A program made the translations under genes and the position numbers. Positions 38,055 through 48,907 of a stretch of 64,000 nt of DNA are shown one piece after another; positions within the stretch are counted from its first letter, which is position 1; every line of letters begins with the position of its first letter. This stretch comes from an uncultured bacterium (GTDB lineage: Bacteria > Bacteroidota > Rhodothermia > Balneolales > DATFMH01), in the NCBI GenBank assembly GCA_963787205.1, contig CAWBCD010000006.1, positions 171,009 to 235,008 on the forward strand. The letters are read 5' to 3'. The notes under the pieces are model-generated. The model had not been told where the DNA came from, did no database searches, and was given only the letters and a program-made list of their open reading frames with translations.

Positions 38055-39686
38055 ATGTCACAGGCATATTTCAAAATTGAAGAACCCAGTAATGAATCAT
38101 ATCTGTCTTACGCTCCGGGTACTCCCGAACGAAAGGCTTTAAAAGAAAAACTGAAAGAATTACAGTCGAAGGTCATCGACATTCCTGCTATAATCGGCGG
38201 CAAAGAAGTTAAAACCGACCGGACCTTCGATGTTGTGATGCCCCACAACCATAAGCACAAACTTGCGACAGCTTACTACTGTGGCGAAAAAGAAGTTAAA
38301 ATGGCCATTGAGGCCGCACTTGAAGCACGCAAAAAGTGGGCTGCCATGCCCTGGGAAGAGCGGGTTGCCATTTTCCGCAAGGCGGCCGATCTGCTGACCG
38401 GCCCATGGCGTTTCACCATGAATGCAGCGACGATGCTGGGTCAATCGAAGACACCCCATCAGTCTGAAATTGAGGCTGTAGGTGAGTTTTCTGATTTCCT
38501 GCGTTTCAATTCGTGGTACCTGGCCAAGGTTATGGCAGAACAACCTTTTTCGCCGGACAATACGTGGAATCGCACGGAATATCGCCCCCTTGAAGGATTC
38601 ATATTTGCGGTAACTCCATTCAACTTCGTAGCCATCGGGGGGAATCTTCCGGCGGCTCCTGCCATGGCGGGAAATGTTGCTCTTTGGAAACCGGCTCCCG
38701 GATCACTTTATGCCAACTATTTCGTAATGAAGCTCTTTCAGGAAGCCGGTCTGCCAGATGGTGTGATTAACTTCTTGCCGGGAGAAGGGGCCGATGTAGG
38801 TGATCCGGTCCTCAACAGTCCTGACCTTAGCGGACTGCATTTTACCGGTTCGGTTCCTACATTCCAGCATCTCTGGAAACAGATTGGCCAGAATATCGAT
38901 AAATACAAATATTTCCCTCGAATTGTTGGGGAAACAGGTGGAAAAGACTTCATCTTTGTGCACAACTCAGCAGACGTGGACGCCCTGGTTGTTGCGGCCT
39001 TACGTGGTGCTTACGAATACCAGGGACAAAAATGTTCTGCTGCCTCCCGGATGTATATCCCAAAATCACTGTGGGATGAGTTCAAAAGCAAATTCATTCC
39101 CGAAGTTGAGAAGATCAAGACCGGAGACATTGAGGATTTCAGCACGTTCATGGGCGCTCTCATCGACAGAAAGGCTTTTGACAAAGTCACTTCATATATC
39201 GATTACGCCCAAAAATCCGATAAGGCTGAGATCCTTACCGGAGGCACTTATGATGACTCAAAAGGCTATTTCGTTGATCCGACCGTGGTCCTCACCACCG
39301 ATCCTCATTTCAAACTGATTCAAGAAGAGATCTTTGGTCCTGTCTTCACTATCTATGTTTATGATGACAAGGATTTCGAGAAAACGCTACAGCTTTGCGA
39401 GTCGACCTCACCGTACGCTTTGACAGGGGCCATTTTTGCCCGTGATCGTTATGCGCTAAAACATATGAGCGATTTCTTGACAAACGCAGCCGGTAACTTC
39501 TACATCAATGATAAACCGACGGCGGCCATCGTCAATCAACAACCATTTGGCGGAGCCCGTAAATCCGGTACCAATGACAAGGCCGGAAGCATGCCTCACA
39601 TGTTACGCTGGCTCTCCATGCGCTCAATCAAGGAAACGATGAGTCCCACCAAGGACTGGACGTATCCGTATATGAAAGCTGAATAG
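38055..39686 (+). CDS. pruA: L-glutamate gamma-semialdehyde (1-pyrroline-5-carboxylate) dehydrogenase
   Basis: 543 aa aldehyde dehydrogenase with VGETGGKDF and catalytic GQKCSAASR. The N-terminal region is typical of the PruA/RocA type. Confidence 0.88.
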   Translation: MSQAYFKIEEPSNESYLSYAPGTPERKALKEKLKELQSKVIDIPAIIGGKEVKTDRTFDVVMPHNHKHKLATAYYCGEKEVKMAIEAALEARKKWAAMPWEERVAIFRKAADLLTGPWRFTMNAATMLGQSKTPHQSEIEAVGEFSDFLRFNSWYLAKVMAEQPFSPDNTWNRTEYRPLEGFIFAVTPFNFVAIGGNLPAAPAMAGNVALWKPAPGSLYANYFVMKLFQEAGLPDGVINFLPGEGADVGDPVLNSPDLSGLHFTGSVPTFQHLWKQIGQNIDKYKYFPRIVGETGGKDFIFVHNSADVDALVVAALRGAYEYQGQKCSAASRMYIPKSLWDEFKSKFIPEVEKIKTGDIEDFSTFMGALIDRKAFDKVTSYIDYAQKSDKAEILTGGTYDDSKGYFVDPTVVLTTDPHFKLIQEEIFGPVFTIYVYDDKDFEKTLQLCESTSPYALTGAIFARDRYALKHMSDFLTNAAGNFYINDKPTAAIVNQQPFGGARKSGTNDKAGSMPHMLRWLSMRSIKETMSPTKDWTYPYMKAE

Positions 39687-39700
39687 TTCCTACCTACGTA

Positions 39701-39731
39701 GACCTCCAAGGTTTTAAAAACCTTGGAGGTC
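39701..39731. terminator. Bidirectional terminator (perfect palindrome GACCTCCAAGG-TTTTAAAAA-CCTTGGAGGTC)
   Basis: 11-bp perfect stem between the convergent pruA and the surface-protein gene. Confidence 0.8.
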
Positions 39732-39750
39732 TTGTGTAACAAAGATTGAC

Positions 39751-42700
39751 CTACTTAATCAGCATCATCTTCCTGGTCTGGGTAAAGTTGCCAGCCTTCA
39801 GCCGATAGATGTACAACCCGCTGGGCAAGTTGTGGGCATCAAAACGTACCGAGTACGCTCCGGCGGCCTGAGTTCGATCTACCAGCCTGGCGACCATCTG
39901 TCCCAGCACATTGTATACGGTCAGACGCACATGCCTGCTGCCGGAGAGGGTGTAGCGGATCGTGGTCGTGGGGTTGAAGGGGTTGGGATAGTTCTGTCCC
40001 AGGTGATACCCGTTGGGCCGGGTCTGGATATTGCCCTGAATGCCCGTGGCAGCCAGTCCGGTGTTCTGCTACATAGTAGGTGTCCGTGGTGGGCAGCACC
40101 TTGGCATTGTCCGAACTCAGGTCGATGGTGTAACTGCCCATAGACGTGGTATCGGTGCGGGTCAGGGTCCAGCTAATGACTTTCTTTGCTCCCACGCCCA
40201 GACTGGGGATCGTAACCTGTTTCTGAGAGCCGGTCGTGGTGGCCGAATCGGTCTGCAGGGTTACCGTCACATTCGTGGCCGGGGAAGTGCCCAGGTTGGT
40301 CACTACCGCCGAGAGGGTAAAGGGCTGGCTGCTTTTGGGTTGGCTTCGTGGAGAGCGAATCCCGGCTGATGATCACATAGGGGGGAGCGGCTACCGAGGA
40401 GACCTCACCGGTCACGGTAGTGGTCTGGTTCTCCAGATCGCCCAGGTGCTTGCTTACCGAATCAGCCGAGGCGGTTAAATCCTGCAGGCTCACCGACTGT
40501 CCCAGGGCATACCCAAGCAGGTTGGCATACAGCCCGGCCCGTGCCGCCGCCCCGCCCACGTTTGCCTGGGCCAGGGACAGGTAGTGGGCCAGGAAGGTCG
40601 AATCGGAGGGAGCCAGCTGATCGGCCACCGCATCGACCGGGGCCTGGCTGAGCTGCAGCTGCTGGTCCAGGGACTGGTCCGCCTGCATCAGATCGCTGAG
40701 CTTTCCCAGGGCCTGGGATTTTTGATTGTTCCCGATCAGGGCAAGGATCTGCTGAACCAACTGGTTGTACTGGTCCACCGAGGTAGTCAGATCCTTCTGA
40801 CTTGTTTGCAGGGTCTGAGCGGTATAGCGGATATACCGCCTGCCCGACTGTTCGGGGACAATCTTCTGGAAAGTGCTCTGTTGGTCCGGGTGATACGCCA
40901 CATCGATCCCGTTGTTGGCCTCCACGGCGATCTGAGCCAGGCGCAGCCCGGGGGCGATCGCCGAGGTCAGGTAGGAGGCCAGGGACGTGCCTTTTAAAAC
41001 GCCTGTCATGGTTTCTGCCCCCCCGGCGACAACCGCTCCCACCCCGGTCTCGGAGGTCGGTGCGGCAATCTCGGCGATGAGCTGGGTGATGTTCGCGCCG
41101 GTTTCGGTAAGGTCTCCGCCGTCTTCGCCGCTCATCGGCTATCTTCTTGACCAGTTTGGTCGCTGCATTGGACTGCTCCAGCACCGAAGAGGTGGTCGTG
41201 TCGACCAGGTCGTGGCAGGCCTGGGCGGTAGCTGCCGCTGTAGTCAAAGGCATCGAGCCAGCTTCGCCGAGCGATCCAGCCCGGTCTGGGTCGCCGGCAC
41301 ATACCCGTAGGAGAGCAGGATCTCGTCGGAGGCGGTGCTGGCCAGCGCCTGGGTCTGGTCCTTGAGGATATCGCTCAGAAAATCCTTCTTCGAATCGCTC
41401 TGGAAGAAGTCCAGGGTCTTACCCACGGCCAGGGGCACATACTTGTTGTAGGGGGCTGGCAGGGCATTGGCCACCTTGTTGATGACCGGGTTCAGAAAGG
41501 CGCTGCGGACCTGACCCCGGATGCCCGTGACCAGACTGTTCACCTCATTGGCCAGTTGTTCGTCGGTATACTTCTTTGGAGGTCTTCTCCTCGGTTTTGT
41601 TCGCCAGTTTGCCGGCCAGGACATAATTGGTGATCAGCTGGGTGGTGGCCGTGCTCAGGCTGTGGCTCATCGTCGCCGCGTTGGTAAACTCGCCCTGGTA
41701 GAGGGACTGGACCATCAGGTGGCGGGCCAGGGCCTTGATGCGTTGGTGGTACACACTGTTGGTATCCGAGGCGCTCACCGCTGTGGCTCCCGTGCGCCAG
41801 TCCTGCAGCAGGGCGCCGGTGGCGGCGGGATCATAGCTGTTGACCAGGGGCTGGGGCGGGAGCAGGCCGAAGAGCACGTCCGAGGAGATGGTCAGATGGT
41901 CCAGGCCGTAGGCCCCGGTATAGGTCTGGTTGTACAGGCCCACCGGCAACCGAATGGAATAGTAGGTGGGTTTTACGGTATACTTCCAGGACAGGTGGGT
42001 GGCCTGGTTGGTCAGCTCATTGACCGCGTTGGCCCCGACCTGCAGGGTGTAGGAGGAGTCGGTCTGGTTGGGAAACTGGAAGCCCCCGTCCGCCCCGGTC
42101 GTCGCCTGGGTGTCCAGGGTTGCACCGCTGTACAGGGAAACCCCGGCCCCGGAGAGGGCGGAGGCCGGCAGGGTGCCCTTGCCCAGGGTTACATCCTCAA
42201 CGGTGCCGGTGACCTCGTTGGATAAGGCAGCCTTCAGGATATAAAACCCACTATTCTGTTCAGTCATGTAGATATATCCGCCGTTTGCGTAAACTACATT
42301 TGCAGCTCCACTATCCTCATATGTACCCACAGTAAACGGATGGGCCGGATCACTCACATCGAGGACTTGAAGGCCATCCATACCATTTTGATCCGCGTCT
42401 ATTGTGTAGGCGTATCCTCCTCTGGCAAACACTCCGTTCATGTAACCATTGGGACCTGAAAACTTAGGTATATATGAGTCCACTACCTTCGGATGGGCAG
42501 GATCGCTGACATCAATGATAGTAAGGGCACTATCTCTGGTTACATAGGCATCATTACCCGAAACCGATATAAAACTATCACCAGCAAAAGTTGGACCAAC
42601 ATTATATGAACCTATTTGCTTTGGATTCGCAGGGTCACTAACATCAATAATATGAAGTGTAACCCCTTGAAAGCCATAACCAGTACTGGCATATGTGGCG

Positions 42701-43533
42701 GTAATCACATATGCGTACCCATTTTTTACACAATAATCAGTCAGGAAATTACTACTCCCGAATCCTATCGAACCCACCTGGTGAGGATGGGCCGGATCAC
42801 TCACGTCGATCACATCGAGGGTATCACGATAAGAACCACCGCCTAAACCACCGCCTACATAGGCATCATTGCCTGAGACCGATATATCCCCGTATGAATC
42901 CCCGTAATAAGTTGAGTCTTTGTTGCTATATGAGCTAACCAGTTTCGGATTCGTGGGGTCACTCACATCCAGTACTTCAAGGTCACCTGAGTCTGAGCCC
43001 ACAACAGTCAGATACGCATAATGACCGACAACATCTATCCCATTTACTTGTTTATCAGTTTTATAACGGCAAACTTCCTTCGGGACCGCCGGATCACTCA
43101 TATCGATCACATAAATATGATAACCCTGGTCGGGTAGATAGGCATAGTTCCCAGATACAGAAAGATTCAACCACGTGACAGAGGTATTTCCATTCCAGTG
43201 CCCGACCACGTGTATGCCCATGCCGCCCTGAATGGACCGGCCGGTATTTCCCGATCGGGCCATGCCCATACTCACCGGTGTCAAGCCCGCCCGCCGCCGC
43301 AGGTGAGCCCGGAAGGGCAGCCCCTGCCGGGTCTGGGCCCGGACCGGCAGGGCCAGGCCGGTAATGCTCAGGATAACGATCAGTATGCCACAGAGGGGTA
43401 ACTTTTCTTTAATAACGTTTTTTAAAATAGTATTGAAACAAGAACGCTTGATATCTGCTGTATCCGTCTGCTTTGTCATGATTCCGCCTTTCCTTTTACC
43501 TGATGGGGTATGAATTACTAAGTAATGAACCAC
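39751..43533 (-). pseudogene. Large surface protein (signal peptide, LVIVD beta-propeller repeats, CarboxypepD_reg-like, helical region, CARDB-like, T9SS CTD), interrupted by at least 5 frame changes
   Basis: ORF 41545..43533 carries repeated ..YAY....L.V(I/L)DVSDPA.P.. LVIVD units. The continuation is spread over ORFs 41244..41624, 40462..41253 (first ~40 aa), 40173..41135 and 39839..40303, plus an unlisted frame ending ..QNYPNPFNPTTTIRYTL..GLYIYRLKAGNFTQTRKMMLIK* (stop at 39751-39753). Confidence 0.7.
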
Positions 43534-43590
43534 CCTTCTATACTTTCCGGAAAACCGTTGTCAACTCAGAGGCGTGATCCTCTTAGAAGG

Positions 43591-43761
43591 TTATTTGTAT
43601 GGAAATGGGTGGATATCCACAGGCAGCGGCAGATCGGAGTTGGATGATACAGTGACCAAGGGAAAGGCATAATTCTGTTGAGCATAGGACAGCATGCATA
43701 TGATTCCTGCGACAAGGCACAACAAACCCCTAGCAATAGCCAGTCGACTGATCCTTTTCAT
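43591..43761 (-). CDS. Possible small secreted protein (56 aa)
   Basis: MKRISRLAIARGLLCLVAGIICMLSYAQQ.. signal-peptide-like. Below the ORF-track length cutoff; no other support. Confidence 0.3.
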   Translation of the reverse strand: MKRISRLAIARGLLCLVAGIICMLSYAQQNYAFPLVTVSSNSDLPLPVDIHPFPYK

Positions 43762-44237
43762 TAATCAACCTACCTACTTCTATAAATAATTATCAATCAA
43801 TAGAACCAACACCCAACGATTTTGTAATTTAACCCCCCAAAACTTAGACGCAAATTAAATGAGTATAACAGTTTTAAAATACGTACTTCTACTGATATGC
43901 CATTGCCTTGCAGTGTTGTGGGGGGTTTGTTCATATTTTTTTTGGCTTGCCATTCGGAAAACACTCGGTTTCCAGCACAAAATTCATATCCCAATACCTG
44001 GAGCTTTACTCTTGTAACCTAAGATCCGGATAAGACATTCTATTGGACAGATGACAGACAGCCCGGTTCATAGCACTAACAAGGCCTTCTGTGTTGTTTT
44101 CCCAGGATATCCTGCCAACCTGATTGGGTTCCACCTTAGCTTCACCATGTCGGATCTTGTCCCGACCTTACCTTATTGTAAGGTTCAACCTGTTGAGGTG
44201 TCTTTTAAGATAAAGAGAGATTCATAAGATCGATACC

Positions 44238-44792
44238 ATGAGTAACTTCAAGAGAAAATTCTTTTTCTGGACCGAAAAGCTCAATATAACGCGCGGTGAA
44301 CGGCGATTCGTCGTTACAGCCATCGTCGTTTTCCTTATTACATGGTTTGCTGATATCATGATAACTCCTATTCACATAGTCGATTCAGATGATTACAAGT
44401 CCATCGACTCAGTGTATCAGCATTATGTTGAGCGCATCACCAAAAGAGATTCATTAATACACCGTTACTATTACACCGCCGTCGACGACTCAGAAAATAT
44501 TGCATCCGGGGTACCGTTTGCTATACCAGGAGATGTACGTATTTCCCGGAGCAAGACGAAGACGCTACATACCCGTCCCGATAGTCAAAGCATTGATGTA
44601 AATCATGCCGACTCGACCGCTTTGGTTAGTCTGCCGGGTATTGGTCCCATCATTGCTGGGAAAATCATAGATTACAGAAACAAATACGGTTCGTTTCCCA
44701 ACTTGAAATCATTGCGAAAAGTGAAAGGAATTGGAGAAAAAAAGTTTGCAAGAATTTTGCCTTATCTGACACTAAAAAATCAGTCTCATTGA
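44238..44792 (+). CDS. comEA: ComEA-like helix-hairpin-helix DNA-binding protein
   Basis: N-terminal TM segment. C-terminal VNHADSTALVSLPGIGPIIAGKIIDYRNKYGSFPNLKSLRKVKGIGEKKF (tandem HhH). Confidence 0.85.
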   Translation: MSNFKRKFFFWTEKLNITRGERRFVVTAIVVFLITWFADIMITPIHIVDSDDYKSIDSVYQHYVERITKRDSLIHRYYYTAVDDSENIASGVPFAIPGDVRISRSKTKTLHTRPDSQSIDVNHADSTALVSLPGIGPIIAGKIIDYRNKYGSFPNLKSLRKVKGIGEKKFARILPYLTLKNQSH

Positions 44793-44955
44793 TGACATTG
44801 AGATTGGAATGATGGATGAATGATATTTTACACGACCCCTCAGAAGATATAGGTTTCTAGCTGCTTCCGTTGCAAATATCCATTGTAAATTCCATTATTC
44901 CTTTTTATCACACTAATAATAACATTTACTTAAATATCGGATTAATTAAACGCTT

Positions 44956-46506
44956 ATGGCAACCAACATCCTTTGGGCAGATGACGAGATAGACCAGTTG
45001 CGTCCGCATATCATCTTCCTGGAACAACGCGGATTTGACGTAACTCCGGTTACCAACGGTGAAGATGCCATTTCGATGGTGCGGGATGCCAAATTTGATC
45101 TTGTTTTTCTTGATGAGCAAATGCCTGGCATGGATGGCTTGCAGACCCTCGAAGAGCTGAAGAAGATTCAACCTACTCTTCCAGTTATCATGATCACGAA
45201 GAGTGAAGAGGAGTCGATCATGGATGATGCCATAGGTGGACAAATTTCTGACTACCTCATCAAACCGGTAAATCCAAATCAAATCATACTTGCTATCAAG
45301 AAAATTCTGGATCATCGCCGTCTGCGGGATGAGCGTTCTGCCCAAAGTTACCTTAGCAGCTTTAACACGATCTCACAACGCATGGTAGGACCGGTGGAAT
45401 GGCACGACTGGATTGAGATCTACCAGCAACTGACACGATGGGATATCGAGCTGGAACGGGGTGAGGAAGCGTTGCGACAGGTACTTACTGATCAGATCCA
45501 GCAGGCGAACCGGGAATTCGGAATATTCATCGAAAAAGAATATCCCTACTGGCTCCGTGCTGATTTCCCGGAACGCCCCAAACTCTCTCCGGATGTCGTA
45601 AACACCTACGTTAAACCCCATCTTGCCAAGAAAAAAAATCCAGTCATTTTTATCATCGTAGATTGTATGAGATACGATCAATGGCTGGTTTTTGAAAGGC
45701 TTTTGCATCCTTACTATGACATTGACTTAGATTTTTATTTCTCAATTCTTCCAACAGCAACCCCCTATGCACGCAATGCCATTTTTGCGGGAATGTTCCC
45801 GTACGATATCGAAAAAAGACACCCGGATCTATGGCAAAGCTCTGACGAGAATGAAAACTCGTTGAATAAATACGAAGAGGAATTCCTTGCGTACCAAGTT
45901 CAACAACTTGGTTATTCTTTCAAACCAAAATATGAAAAGATACTCCAGTCGGATGAAGGCAAGCGTCTGGCAGAACGGATTCAGAACTACCTGCAGACAC
46001 CCCTGAGTGCTTTTGTTTTTAATTTCGTCGATACATTAGTTCACTCGCGTTCGGATTCGGATGTTTTGCGTGAAATCGCACCCGACGTCCCTGCATTCAG
46101 GAGTCTTACCCGAACATGGTTTGAACATTCGGCGCTGTTGCAGTTGCTGCTGAACGTGGCCAAAAAAGATGTGACGATTGTCATTACCACAGATCACGGT
46201 TCGGTTCGTGCCCTGCGGGATACCAAAGTACTCGGCGATCGATATGCCTCCACAAGCCTGCGGTACAAATTCGGACGCAACCTGAAATGCGACCGCGATA
46301 CGGCCATCTATGTCGAAAAACCGCAGGATTACAGACTACCCAGAGGCAGTGTTTCCACGAACTACATATTTGCGCGGGAAGATTACTATTTCGTTTACCC
46401 AACAAATTATCATCATTTCCAGAACAAGTATCATGATACCTTTCAACATGGGGGAGCTTCCATGGAAGAAATGATTCTTCCGGTTGCTACGTTGACACCC
46501 AAATAA
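44956..46506 (+). CDS. porX: PorX-like response regulator (receiver domain + PglZ/alkaline-phosphatase-superfamily domain)
   Basis: REC: [25 protein letters not shown]. The C-terminal ~380 aa is PglZ-like ([12 protein letters not shown]...TTDHGS). Same size and architecture as T9SS regulator PorX. Confidence 0.7.
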   Translation: MATNILWADDEIDQLRPHIIFLEQRGFDVTPVTNGEDAISMVRDAKFDLVFLDEQMPGMDGLQTLEELKKIQPTLPVIMITKSEEESIMDDAIGGQISDYLIKPVNPNQIILAIKKILDHRRLRDERSAQSYLSSFNTISQRMVGPVEWHDWIEIYQQLTRWDIELERGEEALRQVLTDQIQQANREFGIFIEKEYPYWLRADFPERPKLSPDVVNTYVKPHLAKKKNPVIFIIVDCMRYDQWLVFERLLHPYYDIDLDFYFSILPTATPYARNAIFAGMFPYDIEKRHPDLWQSSDENENSLNKYEEEFLAYQVQQLGYSFKPKYEKILQSDEGKRLAERIQNYLQTPLSAFVFNFVDTLVHSRSDSDVLREIAPDVPAFRSLTRTWFEHSALLQLLLNVAKKDVTIVITTDHGSVRALRDTKVLGDRYASTSLRYKFGRNLKCDRDTAIYVEKPQDYRLPRGSVSTNYIFAREDYYFVYPTNYHHFQNKYHDTFQHGGASMEEMILPVATLTPK

Positions 46507-46628
46507 CGATTCCCGATTCTGGATACTCGATGCTGGATGTTACCCACAAACAGGTAACTCAAATTTCTTAATTTGCCAAATTCGAAACTGCATTTTAGAG
46601 ATCGATACCGTGGGTTGTAAAATTTATT

Positions 46629-47123
46629 ATGGACCCGACTAATTCAGAATTCAAAATTCAAAATTCAAAATTCCGGACCTGGCTTGGCACTGAACACCTG
46701 TGTGAATCTGTAGAGGACACCTACAAGATTGCCGCCAGGCTTGCCGCTGATTTGCAGGAAGGGGATATCTTGTGCCTCGACGGACCTCTTGGTGCAGGAA
46801 AAACACATTTTGTTAAGGGACTGGCTGCCGCACTGGACATCGATCCCGCTACCGTGCATTCACCTACTTTTACTCTCATTCACGAGTATACATCCGGCAA
46901 GTTACCTCTTTATCATTTCGATTTTTATCGTATTAAAGACTGGCGTGAAGCCCTCGATATAGGTGTAGAAGAATATTTTTACGGCGATGGCATCAGTTGC
47001 ATCGAATGGCCGGATCGAATTACACGAATCTTACCGGAGAGTGCGTTATGGCTACACATTGAACCCGTTTCGTCTTCATCCCGTAAGATCTTCATACAGA
47101 AAGCATTCGGGAAGGAAAGTTGA
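46629..47123 (+). CDS. tsaE: tRNA t6A biosynthesis ATPase TsaE
   Basis: LDGPLGAGKTHFVKGLA, SPTFTLIHEY and HFDFYR motifs. The start is uncertain, because the N-terminal extension contains an aattcaaa x3 repeat. Confidence 0.85.
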   Translation: MDPTNSEFKIQNSKFRTWLGTEHLCESVEDTYKIAARLAADLQEGDILCLDGPLGAGKTHFVKGLAAALDIDPATVHSPTFTLIHEYTSGKLPLYHFDFYRIKDWREALDIGVEEYFYGDGISCIEWPDRITRILPESALWLHIEPVSSSSRKIFIQKAFGKES

Positions 47124-47139
47124 ATAAATAGTATATTCT

Positions 47140-47430
47140 TTGATCATGAAGCAGATGAGAAAGAAATTACCATATCGACTCGATCGTCTCCCGGTGATTT
47201 ACCCCTATCATCGCAGAGCATCAAACGATCTCGGACTCGGCGATCTCGTTTATTACGGTCCGTGTCCGGAATTTTATGGCGTGGGCGAGATCGTCAGTAT
47301 GGTCGAATCTTATTGTATCGTTGATTTTCGCGGGACCGGGATACTGGGTATCCACAAAGATGCTTTCGATTCGAGATATCTGATTCCTATTCACAAGCTT
47401 AATCTCTCTCACATTCTCAAGGATCGTTGA
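47140..47430 (+). CDS. Hypothetical small protein
   Basis: 96-aa ORF; no motif recognised. Confidence 0.4.
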   Translation: MIMKQMRKKLPYRLDRLPVIYPYHRRASNDLGLGDLVYYGPCPEFYGVGEIVSMVESYCIVDFRGTGILGIHKDAFDSRYLIPIHKLNLSHILKDR

Positions 47431-48856
47431 TCTCCCTGAGTTTCTCAAATACAGATTGTTTCACCTCCCGGTCACGACCGATCAGCCAGAAAATAATGCT
47501 CAGTATCGTCCCCGGATAAAAGGGTTCAATCCCCAGATAAGATTCCGAATACGTTCCAGAATGTATGGTCCCCAGCACCAGCCACGCCAACGAAATACCA
47601 GTAGACAAGGCCATAAGTGGAACGATATATGGTTTTTTTAAACGAAATATCGGCAAATATATTCCTAAAACCGGAATCAGCAATCCTGGTATCATAACAG
47701 AACCAATGACATACCACAACGAAATAACGCTGGGATAGAAATATATAAGGGCGATGCTCAGAACCGCTGCGGCGATCACGCTAATGCGTGTCAGCAATAC
47801 GCGTTTATCTTTAGGAAAAAGATTGGGAAACAGATCGCGACCCAGGCTCAAACCCGCAATAAAGAGGTAACTATCCAGTGTAGACATGATTGTTGCCAAT
47901 AGTGCCACGTAGAACAGACCTCGAAAGCCCATGGGCAGCAATTTGTCGGCGAGATATGGATAAACCATAGCCGGCTTGTCTATGTGACCTAGAATCAGAA
48001 AACCGTACATCGCACAAGAAACCGTAAGGAAATCGAACACCATCCAGAAGCATACGGATATAAGGATCCCATTTCGGGCCGTTTCCGGAGTCTTTGCGGC
48101 AGCGGCGCGCTGATGAAAACTTGGAGCTACAAAGGTCCAAAGTGCGATGAAGAACCAAACCAGAACATATGGAATCGAATTCCCACCCGTAATATCGCGG
48201 TAACGAGGAGGGACATTATGCCACATATGCGGAAGGCTGCCGTAATGAAATATTGAAAATGCCAAAAGGACTATAAAACCGCCGTACATCAAGACCATTT
48301 GCAGTATGTCTGTACGAACGACAGCTTCGAATCCGCCGGTGGATACGTACCCTACAGAGAACAGACTGATAAGAACGGCATAGAGCATAACACTTCCATG
48401 GCCCCCAAACATGAATTGAAACAACAAACCAAGCATCAGAATGTATGGAGCCGGGCTAACCAAAATAAACACTCCAATAGCCGATAAATTGGCAGCCCCG
48501 TCGCCATATTCAACGCGGATAGCATCAGGTATCGTCAGGGCCGGATTATTGCGAATTTTTTTAGCCAGCAACAATGCAAACAGGATGGAAAAAACATAAT
48601 ACGGAAAACCAAAAATGAACCATTGTGAAACACCAAATTGATAACCATACTCCCCAACACCCAGAATGCCGCCATAAAAAGTGGAGACAAGAGTAGCTAC
48701 AAAAGCAGGTAGCGTCATCCGCCTTCCGGATAGCAAGAATTCCTCCTCCCCGACTTTGAACTCATCCTTGCGGTAACTCAGCCAAATCACAAGAATGAAG
48801 TAGATAATGACTATGATCCAGTCGAGTATATTGAAATTAATATGCACTTGGGTCAC
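47417..48856 (-). CDS. Sodium:solute symporter family transporter
   Basis: About 13 TM segments. FLLSGRRMTLPAFVATLVSTFYGGILGVGEYGY is typical of SSF N-termini. Confidence 0.75.
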   Translation of the reverse strand: MTQVHINFNILDWIIVIIYFILVIWLSYRKDEFKVGEEEFLLSGRRMTLPAFVATLVSTFYGGILGVGEYGYQFGVSQWFIFGFPYYVFSILFALLLAKKIRNNPALTIPDAIRVEYGDGAANLSAIGVFILVSPAPYILMLGLLFQFMFGGHGSVMLYAVLISLFSVGYVSTGGFEAVVRTDILQMVLMYGGFIVLLAFSIFHYGSLPHMWHNVPPRYRDITGGNSIPYVLVWFFIALWTFVAPSFHQRAAAAKTPETARNGILISVCFWMVFDFLTVSCAMYGFLILGHIDKPAMVYPYLADKLLPMGFRGLFYVALLATIMSTLDSYLFIAGLSLGRDLFPNLFPKDKRVLLTRISVIAAAVLSIALIYFYPSVISLWYVIGSVMIPGLLIPVLGIYLPIFRLKKPYIVPLMALSTGISLAWLVLGTIHSGTYSESYLGIEPFYPGTILSIIFWLIGRDREVKQSVFEKLREINDP

Positions 48857-48907
48857 ATCTGCACTCGCTTTTTAAGATTTAAGATCGGCCGGTATCGGAC
48901 AATTCTC

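Noticed and set aside
40462-41310. Several overlapping 90-260 aa ORFs rich in Arg/Pro/Gly on both strands.
   Set aside because: They are out-of-frame or antisense readings of the GC-rich surface-protein gene. Only short stretches of them, where the true frame passes through, look protein-like.
44956-46506. A PglZ domain could indicate a BREX-type phage-defence locus.
   Set aside because: No BrxA/B/C, PglX methyltransferase or BrxL lies nearby. The N-terminal receiver domain and the ~516-aa size match PorX, the T9SS regulator, and the neighbours are housekeeping genes (comEA, tsaE).
46648-46682. Tandem aattcaaa x3 repeat.
   Set aside because: It is a short microsatellite-like repeat inside the possible N-terminal extension of tsaE. 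It has no spacer/repeat organisation, so it is not a CRISPR array. It mainly casts doubt on the tsaE start.
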